A DNA stretch of 64,000 nt from Macrostomum lignano (taxonomy: Eukaryota), in assembly GCA_002269645.1 (NCBI GenBank), contig NIVC01002525.1:62001-126000 (forward strand), given 5' to 3'. Positions 49,764-61,434 of the stretch are shown here, in pieces; within the stretch, counting starts at the first letter, position 1; each line of letters opens with the position of its first letter. The notes below the pieces were generated by a model, which did not search any database, had not been told where the DNA came from, and saw only the letters and a program-made list of their open reading frames with translations. Made by a program: the position numbers and the translations under genes.

Positions 49764-49856
49764 TAGAGAGGTTTTTTAAATCAATCTATTATAAAAATGC
49801 AAATAGAAATCTGTGTACCATTTGTCTAGAAGTTTGTATTTATCAATGTAGGTTTG

Positions 49857-50234
49857 CTACTGTCTAATACCTTGGTCTAATTAATCCACTGTGGCTACTG
49901 CCTAATACCTTGGTCTAATTAATCCACTGTGGCTACTGCCTAATACCTTGGTCTAATTAATCCACTGTGGCTACTGCCTAATACCTTGGTCTAATTAATC
50001 CACTGTGGCTACTGCCTAATACCTTGGTCTAATTAATCCACTGTGGCTACTGCCTAATACCTTGGTCTAATTAATCCACTGTGGCTACTGTCTAATACCT
50101 TGGTCTAATTAATCCACTGTGGCTACTGCCTAATACCTTGGTCTAATTAATCCACTGTGGCTACTGTCTAATACCTTGGTCTAATTAATCCACTGTGGCT
50201 ACTGCCTAATACCTTGGTCTAATTAATCCACTGT
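49857..50234. repeat. 38-bp minisatellite, ~10 copies
   Basis: Unit ctactgcctaataccttggtctaattaatccactgtgg. Confidence 0.96.
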
Positions 50235-51744
50235 TTCACCCTTGGCATAGCTAGACTATAATTCTCTTTTCCTATCCGACAATATAGAAAAGTACAGCAG
50301 TTTTTTTAGGCAAGCAGTTTATATCTGGGCTTGAAGTATGTTGTTTCTCCCTTCCCCAGATGCAGCTGTATCCACTGCAGCTGCATCGAGAGGGTTTTGT
50401 AGGCACAACCCCCCCCCCCCCCCCCCCCCCAGATCCTAGCGGCTGATGCTGCCAGGTATAAAATTTCTGATTGTATTAATACAGAAGGTAAATGTATCTT
50501 TTATTTTTTAGCATTGTTTCTTTACATGTATTGTTCTTTTTCGCATGCGCTGTTTCTGAATCTGAAAATCTAGTTTTGGTTTAGTTGCTATGGGGCACAT
50601 TTTGTGTCCAATCTGTTTCTTTGAATGGCAATATTCATTTTACCAAAAAGCTATTAAATGTTATTTTTTATAATTTAGTGCCTAACCGCTTAGCACTTAG
50701 CTACTAATGCTATTGTCAGTAGGAATATTCGAATTTTCCTTTCTATTTAGCTTCAGTAGTTCGCTGAAATTGTTTTCTTATAATTCATTTTTTAATTGTT
50801 TTTTTATAAATTCAGGGACAAACTGTTTGTTTGCGTGCTACTACTAACTAGCAGTTTTGTTGCGAGTAGTATGTTTAGCGAATTTGGTGGGGATTTGACT
50901 TGATGTCTGTTTTTATTCTTCACCGGTGCCTATCGCAGTAATATGTTAACAAATTAATAACATTCTGCAGCGGCTTGCAAATTACTATATACTACTTATG
51001 CATAGGAATAATTAGTAACATTACTGAAAATAAATTTAAAATTTATTGACATTTGCTCACCTGGAGACTTAATATTGCTTGCTTTACAAAAACCTTTGCC
51101 TGCGTTCATATTACATTGTACATCTAATTCAGTGCTTTTGTATAGAAAGTGTTGTGTATTGTTAATTATTAATTTCAGTATTTAAATGTAAATTTTGACT
51201 TGAAAAATTAAATCTCTTGTCATTGTATTCAATACCTATTGTTATTTGTTGTAATTCAATATTTGTAATCATTTCTAATAATAGCCTTGTTAGAAGTTCA
51301 CTGCTCTACTATTTATAGTAGCTTTCAAGCGTTTTATCTATGTTTTTTATATTAACAGAAGCTCTTAATTGCTGCCAATTTTATAAACCATATTTTTATT
51401 GTTTGCTTCCTAAAATATTATTTATTAACTGCTTCCTTTCCCTGTGTACGCTCTCAGTGCTGCGTATGCAATGATTACAATTGTTTAGTCAATAACAAAT
51501 TTTTGTTTTCGGCTTGCTGCAATTCTAACTATTTCTTCTTACCTGGTCAATTTTTAATAAGTTTTTTTGTTACATTTTAGTAAGTATTTTTGCGCACCAG
51601 TTTGTAAATTGGTACATATGATTAGAAATCAGTGGCCAGTCACTCAATAAAAACAAAAAGTATGTTTTATTTTATTTATGCTGCAATGAGTATGTTTTGT
51701 TGTATTTTATTTTTAACATTGCCCTAGAAGTAGGCTATCTAGAT

Positions 51745-52055
51745 TATTATGTACTTTAATCATCTGGAGGTGTACTTTTATCATTTAGGTTTGTACCTTC
51801 ATCATCTAGATATTATGTATTTTTATCATCCCGACATAATGTACTTTTATCTAAACATTGTGTACTTCTATCTAGATATGTACATTTATCATCCAGACAT
51901 ATGTACTTTCATCATCTAGATATGTACTTCAATCATCTAGAGATGTACTTTTTATTACCTAGACATGTGACTTTTATCATCTAAAAATCTACTTTCATCA
52001 TCTAGAGATGTACTTGTACTTGTATCATTTAGACATGTACTTTCATCATCTAAAC
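51745..52055. repeat. Degenerate ~21-bp tandem repeat ending just before a likely 5'-UTR acceptor (tattgcag at ~52079)
   Basis: atgtactttcatcatctagat-like units. Confidence 0.7.
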
Positions 52056-52202
52056 ACTATCTATTGTGCCGTATTGCAGGTAGAAGCTTGCCAATTGTCG
52101 TGGCGTCAATTTTCAAGGTTTCTGCCAAAGGCTAACCTAGTTTTAAATAACTAGTTAATAAACTAGGTGTTCAACGGAAGAGGACGCTAAATTGGCAGAC
52201 AG

Positions 52203-55200
52203 ATGCTGATGAGAGGCTCCCCACTCAGTGCTGGCAGCGGCGGCGGCGCCAGCGGAGGCGGCAGTGGCGGAGGCGGCACACTGTACTCCGTCAGCGTTAT
52301 CGGTATGTCAGCAAAGTCGGCAGAAGCGGAAGGTCGCGGCGTTGGGAAATCCTGTCTGTGCAACAGATTTGTCCGGCCCGGAGCCGATAATTATCGAGAC
52401 AGGTGAGCGAACCTGTCTGTTTAAGACGGATCTCTGCCTTCACACTTTGAATGCACTTTTAGTGGTCGCATTAGCTCGTCTTAAAAAGTCAACAATGGAA
52501 TCAGTCTGAATTACCTGTCAGAGTCAGTCTGAATTACCTGTCAGAGTCAGTCTGAATTACCTGTCAGAGTCAGTCTGAATTACCTTTCAGAGTCAGTCTG
52601 AATTACCTGTCAGATTCAGTTTGAATTACCTGTCAGAATCAGTCTGAATTAACTGTCAGAGTCAGTCTGAATTACCTGTCAGTTAGTTTGAATTACCTGT
52701 CAGAGTTAGTCTGAGTTACCTGTCAGAGTCAGTCTGAATTACCTGTCAGAGTCAGTCTGAATTACCTGTCAGAGTCAGTCTAAGTTACCTGTCAGAGTCA
52801 GTCTGAATTACCTGTCAGAATCAGTCTGAATTAACTGTCAGAGTCAGTCTGAATTACCTGTCAGAATCAGTCTGAATTAACTGTCAGAGTCAGTCTGAAT
52901 TACCTGTCAGAATCAGTCTGAATTAACTGTCAGAGTCAGTCTGAATTAACTGTCAGAGTCAGTCTGAATTACCTGTCAGAGTCAGTCTGAATTACCTGTC
53001 AGAGTTAGTCTGAATTAACTGTCAGAGTCAGTCTGAATTACCTGTCAGAATCAGTTTGAATTACCTGTCAGAGTCAGTCTGAATTACCTGTCAGAGTCAG
53101 TCTGAATTACCTGTCAGAGTCAGTCTGAATTACCTGTCAGAGTCAGTCTGAATTACCTGTCAGAGTCAGTCTGAATTACCTTTCAGAGTCAGTCTGAATT
53201 ACCTGTCAGAATCAGTTTGAATTACCTGTCAGATTCAGTTTGAATTACCTGTCAGAGTCAGTCTGAATTACCTGTCAGAGTCAGTCTGAATTACCTGTCA
53301 GAGTCAGTCTGAATTACCTGTCAGAGTCAGTCTGAATTACCTGTCAGAGTCAGTCTGAATTACCTGTCAGAATCAGTCTGAATTAACTGTCAGAGTCAGT
53401 CTGAATTACCTGTCAGAATCAGTCTGAATTAACTGTCAGAGTCAGTCTGAATTACCTGTCAGAATCAGTCTGAATTACCTGTCAGAGTCAGTCTGAATTA
53501 CCTGTCAGAGTCAGTCTGAATTACCTGTCATAATCAGTCTGAATTACCTGTCAGAGTCAGTCTGAATTACCTGTCAGAATCAGTCTGAATTACCTGTCAG
53601 AGTCAGTCTGAATTACCTGTCAGAGTCAGTCTGAATTACCTTTCAGAGTCAGTCTGAATTACCTGTCAGAATCAGTTTAATTACCTGTCAGAATCAGTCT
53701 GAATTACCTGTCAGAGTCAGTCTGAATTACCTGTCAGAATCAGTTTGAATTACCTGTCAGAATCAGTTTGAATTACCTGTCAGAGTCAGTCTGAATTACC
53801 TGTCAGAGTCAGTCTGAATTACCTGTCAGAGTCAGTCTGAATTACCTTTCAGAGTCAGTCTGAATTACCTGTCAGAGTCAGTCTGAATTACCTGTCAGAG
53901 TCAGTCTGAATTACCTGTCAGAGTCAGTCTGAATTACCTGTCAGAGTCAGTCTGAATTACCTGTCATAATCAGTCTGAATTACCTGTCAGAGTCAGTCTG
54001 AATTACCTGTCAGAGTCAGTCTGAATTACCTGTCAGAGTCAGTCTGAATTACCTTTCAGAGTCAGTCTGAATTACCTGTCAGAATCAGTTTGAATTACCT
54101 GTCAGAATCAGTCTGAATTACCTGTCAGAATCAGTTTGAATTACCTGTCAGAATCAGTCTGAATTACCTGTCAGAGTCAGTCTGAATTACCTGTCAGAAT
54201 CAGTTTGAATTACCTGTCAGAATCAGTCTGAATTACCTGTCAGAGTCAGTCTGAATTACCTGTCAGAGTCAGTCTGAATTACCTGTCAGAGTCAGTCTGA
54301 ATTACCTGTCAGATTCAGTTTGAATTACCTGTCAGAGTCAGTCTGAATTACCTTTCAGAGTCAGTCTGAATTACCTGTCAGAATCAGTTTGAATTACCTG
54401 TCAGAATCAGTCTGAATTACCTGTCAGAGTCAGTCTGAATTACCTGTCAGAGTCAGTCTGAATTACCTGTCAGAGTCAGTCTGAATTACCTGTCAGAATC
54501 AGTTTGAATTACCTGTCAGAGTCAGTCTGAATTACCTGTCAGAATCAGTTTGAATTACCTGTCAGAATCAGTCTGAATTACCTTTCAGAGTCAGTCTGAA
54601 TTACCTGTCAGAATCAGTTTGAATTACCTGTCAGAATCAGTTTGAATTACCTGTCAGAGTCAGTCTGAATTACCTGTCAGAATCAGTTTGAATTACCTGT
54701 CAGAATCAGTCTGAATTACCTTTCAGAGTCAGTCTGAATTACCTGTCAGAATCAGTCTGAATTACCTGTCAGAGTCAGTCTGAATTACCTGTCAGAATCA
54801 GTCTGAATTACCTGTCAGAATCAGTTTGAATTACCTGTCAGAATCAGTCTGAATTACCTGTCAGAGTCAGTCTGAATTACCTGTCAGAATCAGTTTGAAT
54901 TACCTGTCAAAATCAGTCTGAATAGCAGCGGAAATTAATTACAAACGCGGCCCACCATTCCAGACACAGCTCCATAGTGTCAGAGCCAGATTTCGCTGGT
55001 CAAGTATTGCGCAGCAGCCACTGGATCTACTGGGGCATCGGGCAGGTGGCGCAAAGCCATCAACGATTTCACGTAGTTGAACAGACGGAGATTGCTAACG
55101 ACGCTAATTTGCGGGTATTCGGCTACAGCGAGCCTTATCATGCCAGGTGTACAGCAACGAAACTGTACACCAGCCAGAAGCTTGCCTGGATTTGCTCCGA

Positions 55201-58200
55201 TCAGCTCGGCTTTGAAGACGATTATCCGAAAATTCAAGCACCGGATGGCGCTCTATTAATTAACGGATTCTTGCTGTGTTTTGATGCTTCCGCAAATTTT
55301 GAGCGGCAATGCGCTTTCTTGAAAGAGGTGGCGCCGTATTTAGGTGAGGAATCCGGTTGCTTTGCTAGGGTGTGTAGTAGGGCTGTCAAGAGGGTAAGAC
55401 AGGGCAGTAAGGAGAGTAGACACGTGTGGTAGACAAATTTGGAGTAGACCCATGAGAGACACGAGGGGTAGACACATGTCGGATAAACCATGAGGGGTAG
55501 ACCATGAGGGATAGACCCTGAGGGTTAGAATACATGTGGGGTAGACACATGTGGGGTAGACACATGAGGGGTAGACACATAAGGGGTAGACACATGAGGG
55601 GTAGACACCTGTGGGGTAGACACATGTCGGATAAACCATGAGGGGTAGACCATGAGGGATAGACCCTGAGGGTTAGAATACATGTGGGGTAGACACATGT
55701 GGGGTAGACACATGAGGGGTAGACACATGAGGGGTAGAAACATGAGGGGTAGACACATGAGGGGTAGACACGTGTGGGGTAGACACATGAGGGGTAGACA
55801 CATGAGGGGTAGACACATGAGGGGTTGACACATGAGGGGTAGACACATGAGGGGTAGACACATGAGGGGTAGACACATGAGGGGTAGACACATGAGGGGT
55901 AGACACATGAGGGGTAGACACATGAGGGGTAGACACATGTGGGGTAGACACATGAGGGGTAAACACATGAGGGGTAGACACATGTGGGGTAGACACATGA
56001 GGGGTAAACACATGAGGGGTAGACACATGTGGGGTAGACACATGAGGGGTAAACACATGTGGGGTAGACAGGTTCATCAACTCAGCATAATCCGGCCGTC
56101 TCAATCGGTTTCCTCTCTCATCCCGCAACCCCAGCCAAAGCCAAACGGCCCAGCGTCCTGGCCGTGACCAAGATGGACCTGATAGCCAATCAGCCCGAGC
56201 TGCACGCTCGCCAAATGGAGGCGCTGCGCAAAGCGGCCAAGAATCTGTCTAACCTAGCCGGCACTGTGGAAACCTCCGCCCAGTTAGGCGTCAACGTTGA
56301 CGAAGCGTTCCGCCTTCTGGCTGGCGCTATCGAGAAAAGCCGGCCTCGAGCGGCGCCGTATGCCGAAGCTTTAATGGGGCATCAGGCCGCTTGTGACAGC
56401 GCTCGTCAGGGTTTTAATCAGCTGTTGCAGGCCACGCTTAGCTTAACTGTCTCTCTGCAGCCTAGCGGTCAAGCTTGGCAAGCCTGGCTGAGAGCTAACG
56501 GCTCTAAGAGAGAGTTTGCCGATTTTATTTCTTTGTTTGGCACCGGAAATGCTAGGAATGAGTTTGATAGGTGAGCTGCGTTAGGGATATTTCTGCGTGT
56601 TTAATATCCCATCTTCCATGATCCTGAAATCTCTATCCCCAATCTCCCATTTCTATCCCCAATCTCCCATTTCTATCCCTAATCTCCCATTTCTATCCCC
56701 CATTCCCATTTCTATCCCCAATCTCCCATTTCTATCCCCAATCTCCCATTTCTATCCCCAATCTCCCATTTCTATCCCTAATCTCCCATTTCTATCCCCC
56801 ATTCCCATTTCTATCCCCAATCTCCCATTTCTATCCCCAATCTCCCATTTCTATCCCCAATCTCCCATTTCTATCCCTAATCTCCCATTTCTATCCCCCA
56901 TTCCCATTTCTATCCCCAATCTCCCATTTCTATCCCCAGTCTCCCATTTCTATCCCCAATCTCCCATTTCTATCCCCAATCTCCCATTTCTATCCCCAAT
57001 CTCCCATTTCTATCCCCAATCTCCCATTTCTATCCCCAATCTCCCATTTCTATCCCCAATCTCCCATTTTTATCCCCATTCCCATTTCTATCCCCAATCT
57101 CCCATTTCTATCCCCAATCTCCCATTTCTATCCCCAATCTCCCATTTCTATCCCCAATCTCCCATTTCTATCCCCAATCTCCCATTTCTATCCCCAATCT
57201 CCCATTTCTATCCCCAATCTCCCATTTCTATCCCCAATCTCCCATTTCTATCCCCAATCTCCCATTTCTATCCCCAATCTCCCATTTCTATCCCCAATCT
57301 CCCATTTCTATCCCCAATCTCCCATTTCTATCCCCAATCTCCCATTTCTATCCCCAATCTCCCATTTCTATCCCCAATCTCCACTTCTATCCCCAATCTC
57401 CCATCTCTATCCCCATTCCCACTTCTATCCCAAATCTCCCATTTCTATCCCCATTCCTACTTCTATCCCAAATCTCCCATTTCTATCCCCATTCCTACTT
57501 CTATCCCCAATCTCCTATTTCTATCCCCATTCCTACTTCTGTCCCCAATCTCCCATTTCTATCCCCATTCCTACTTCTATCCCAAATCTCCCATTTCTAT
57601 CCCCATTCCTACTTCTATCCCCAATCTCCTATTTCTATCCCCATTCCTACTTCTATCCCCAATCTCCCATTTCTATCCCCAATCCCATTTCTATCCCAAA
57701 TCCCATTTCTATCCCAAATCCCATCCAATCCAGATGCGCGGCCTCGCTGCGCGATCGCGCGGTGTCCGAACGTCGAGAAGTGATCGGGCAGCGGCTCAGG
57801 AAGCTGCTGGACACGGCGTACCCGCTGGAGACCGCCGAACCGGCCAGGCTGATGCGACACGACTCGGTTGTTAAACGGCTGCTGCACATTGGGGGCGATC
57901 AGCACTTTGTCAGCGTTACCAACGCCTGGCAGGAGAATAGGGACTATTTAGCCTCTTTGGACACCAGGATTCCTTACAATTTCCTCATTAATAAGGCCGA
58001 GTCTAGTCAGATCTTTATGGTGAGTTTTATCTCATTCTGGTCACTCTGATCCTGCAATTCTGGTCACTCTGATGCTGCAATTCAGGCCACTGATCCTGCC
58101 ATTCTGGTCACTGATCCTGATATTCTGGTCACTCTGATCCTGCAATTCGGGCCACTGATCCTGCAATTCGGGCCACTGATCCTGCCATTCTGGTCACTGA

Positions 58201-60643
58201 TCCTGCCATTCTGGTCACTGATCCTGATATTCTGGTCACTCTGATCCTGCAATTCTGGTCACTGATCCTGATATTCTGGTCACTGATCCTGCAATTCGGG
58301 CCACTGATCCTGCCATTCTGGTCACTGATCCTGATATTCTGGTCACTGATCCTGCAATTCGGGCCACTGATCCTGCCATTCTGGTCACTGATCCTGCAAT
58401 TCGGGCCACTGATCCGGCCATTCTGGTCACTGATCTGGCCATTCTGGTCACTGATCCTGATATTCTGGTCACTGATCCTGCAATTCGGGCCACTGATCCT
58501 GCCATTCTGGTCACTGATCCTGATATTCGGGTCACTCTGATCCTGCAATTCTGGTCACTCTGATCCTGCAATTCAGGCCACTGATCCGGCCATTCTGGTC
58601 ACTGATCCGGCCATTCTGGTCACTGATCTGGCCATTCTGGTCACTGATCCGGCCATTCTGGTCACTAATCCAGCTATTCTGGTCACTGATCCGGCCATTC
58701 TGGTCACTGATCTGGCCATTCTAGTCACTCTAATCGTGGAATTCTGGTTACTTTGATCCCTCATTTCTGTCACTCTGATCCCCACTTTTTGTCACTCTGT
58801 TCCCTCATTCTGGTCACCCTGACTTCGATTCGTGTCACTCTTAATTTTACGTGATAATCACTTTGATTCTGATCACTTTCTCAAATTCATCGCCCATTCC
58901 CAGGACCACCGGGATCGCATACAGCAGCGCCGGCGCCGTGACGTTCTCAAGGCCCAGGTGCTGGCCTCTCTGCGCGAGTCTCCGTCCTGTCTAGCAGGCG
59001 CAGCCAGCCTGGAAGACCTGTTTCGCCTGGTGCCCCTGGCAACGCTAGAAACGGCGCTAACCGAGCACGGCAAATCCGGTCTGCAGGCTTTGCTGCCCGA
59101 ACTGCAGCTGGAGGGTCGGCGATTAGCGTTTGCCGAGGTTCATGAGTGGCTGCTTGAACGGTCTGAGCTAGTGCCCGTGTTGGTAGGTTTGAAATGCATT
59201 CTTATGGGATTCTTTAATAACTGCCGATATGTATCGATTCTATTCTTACTCTGTACTGATATGCTTCGATTCTGTTCTTAATGACTGCCGATATGTATTG
59301 ATTCTATTCCTAATAACTGCCGATGTTTATCGATTCTATTCCTAATGGCTGCCAATATGTATCGATTATATTCTTTATGGCTGCCGATATGTATTGATTC
59401 TATTCTTAATGACTGCCGATGTGTATCGATTCTATTCTTAATGACTGCCGATATGTATCGATTCTATTCTTAATGACTGCCGATATGTATTGATTCTATT
59501 CTTACTGGCTGCCGATGTGTATCGATTTTTTTCTTTAATAGGTGCCGTTATGTATTTATTCTATTCTTAATGGCTGCCGATATCTATCAATTTTTTTCTT
59601 TAATGGGTGCTGATATGTATTGATTCTATTCTTAATGACTGCCGATATGTATTGATTCTATTCTTATGACTGCCGATATGTATTGATTCTATTCCTATGA
59701 CTGCCGATATGTATCGATTCTATTCTTAATGACTGCCGATATGTATTGATTCTATTCTTATGGCTGCCGATATGTATTGATTCTATTCTTATGAACTCCG
59801 ATATGTATTGATTCCATTCTTAATGGCTGCCGATATGTATCGATTCTATTCTTACTCAGTCGATATGTATCGATTCTATTCTTATTGTTGCCGATATGTA
59901 TCGAAACTCATCATAGTACGCCGTACCGTGGACCGCAGGAATCCGGTCCAACAGACGAAGACGTCCGCCGGGCTGCCAAACTGATGAAGCGCGACACCCG
60001 CTGCTCAAATCTGCTGCAGCTGCTTCGGCCAGACAAGGCCAAGGATATCGCCAGAGTCTGGTTCGACCTGCCCAACGACGCGTCGGCTTGTCGACTCCGG
60101 CCATGCGCCGATTACACGGTGCCGGAGGCCCTGACCGAGCACCATCGCGGCCAGGTGTCAGTGCCGCAGCTGCTGCTCCTAGGCCAGCCCCAGCTGGTTC
60201 GCCAGTTCAAACGGGCCTGCCGTCATCTGCGCCAACAGCCGGGCTGCTTTCACCTGCCCGACGGGTCGCCGCCGCTGCAGGTGGAGGTCCGAGCGCCAAC
60301 CCTGGCGCAACTCCGACAGACTGGCGCCGGGATAGTCGGCGCTTCGAATGTCGACGAATCGACGGGCGCTGACGTAGCTGGCGGGTTGAACTGCGTACTG
60401 CTGTACTCTGGCGACTCTGGCAGCCTGGAGGAGGCGCGCTCCTTTGTACACTCATTGCCCGCTCTGAGAGACGCCGCGTTGGCCTATGAAGAGGAGAGCG
60501 CCTACGAGAGCCTGGGGCCCGGCTCGCCGGCGCACAACCAGCTGACTCAGCCGCCCCAGCAGCCGCCTACGCCGCCTCATCAGCAGCAGTCGGAGACTGC
60601 CACCAATTCTCGAATTGGTGAGTATTCATGTTTGCCTCTCAGC

Positions 60644-60680
<37 letters not shown>

Positions 60681-60711
60681 ATCCGTCTGTGTGTCTGTGT
60701 GTCTGTCTGTG

Positions 60712-60742
<31 letters not shown>

Positions 60743-60815
60743 CTGTCTGTCTGTGTGTCTGTCTGTCTGTCTGTGTGTCTGTCTGTCTGTCTGTCTGTCT
60801 GTGTGTCTGTCTGTG

Positions 60816-60906
<91 letters not shown>

Positions 60907-60935
60907 GTGTCTGTCTGTCTGTGTGTCTGTGTGTG

Positions 60936-60974
<39 letters not shown>

Positions 60975-61103
60975 GTGTCTGTCCGTCTGTCTGTCTGTCT
61001 GTGTGTCTGTCTGTGTGTCTGTGTGTCTGTCTGTCTGTCTTTCTGTCTGTCCGTCTGTCTGTCTGTCTGTGTGTCTGTCTGTGTGTCTGTGTGTCTGTCT
61101 GTG

Positions 61104-61158
<55 letters not shown>

Positions 61159-61224
61159 CTGTCTGTCTGTCCGTCTGTCTGTCTGTCTGTCTGTCCGTCT
61201 GTCTGTCTGTCTGTCCGTCTGTCC

Positions 61225-61258
<34 letters not shown>

Positions 61259-61395
61259 GTGTCTGTCCGTCTGTCTGTCTGTCTGTGTGTCTGTCTGTGT
61301 GTCTGTGTGTCTGTCTGTCTGTCTTTCTGTCTGTCCGTCTGTCTGTCTGTCTGTGTGTCTGTCTGTGTGTCTGTGTGTCTGTCTGTGTGTCTGTG

Positions 61396-61434
<39 letters not shown>

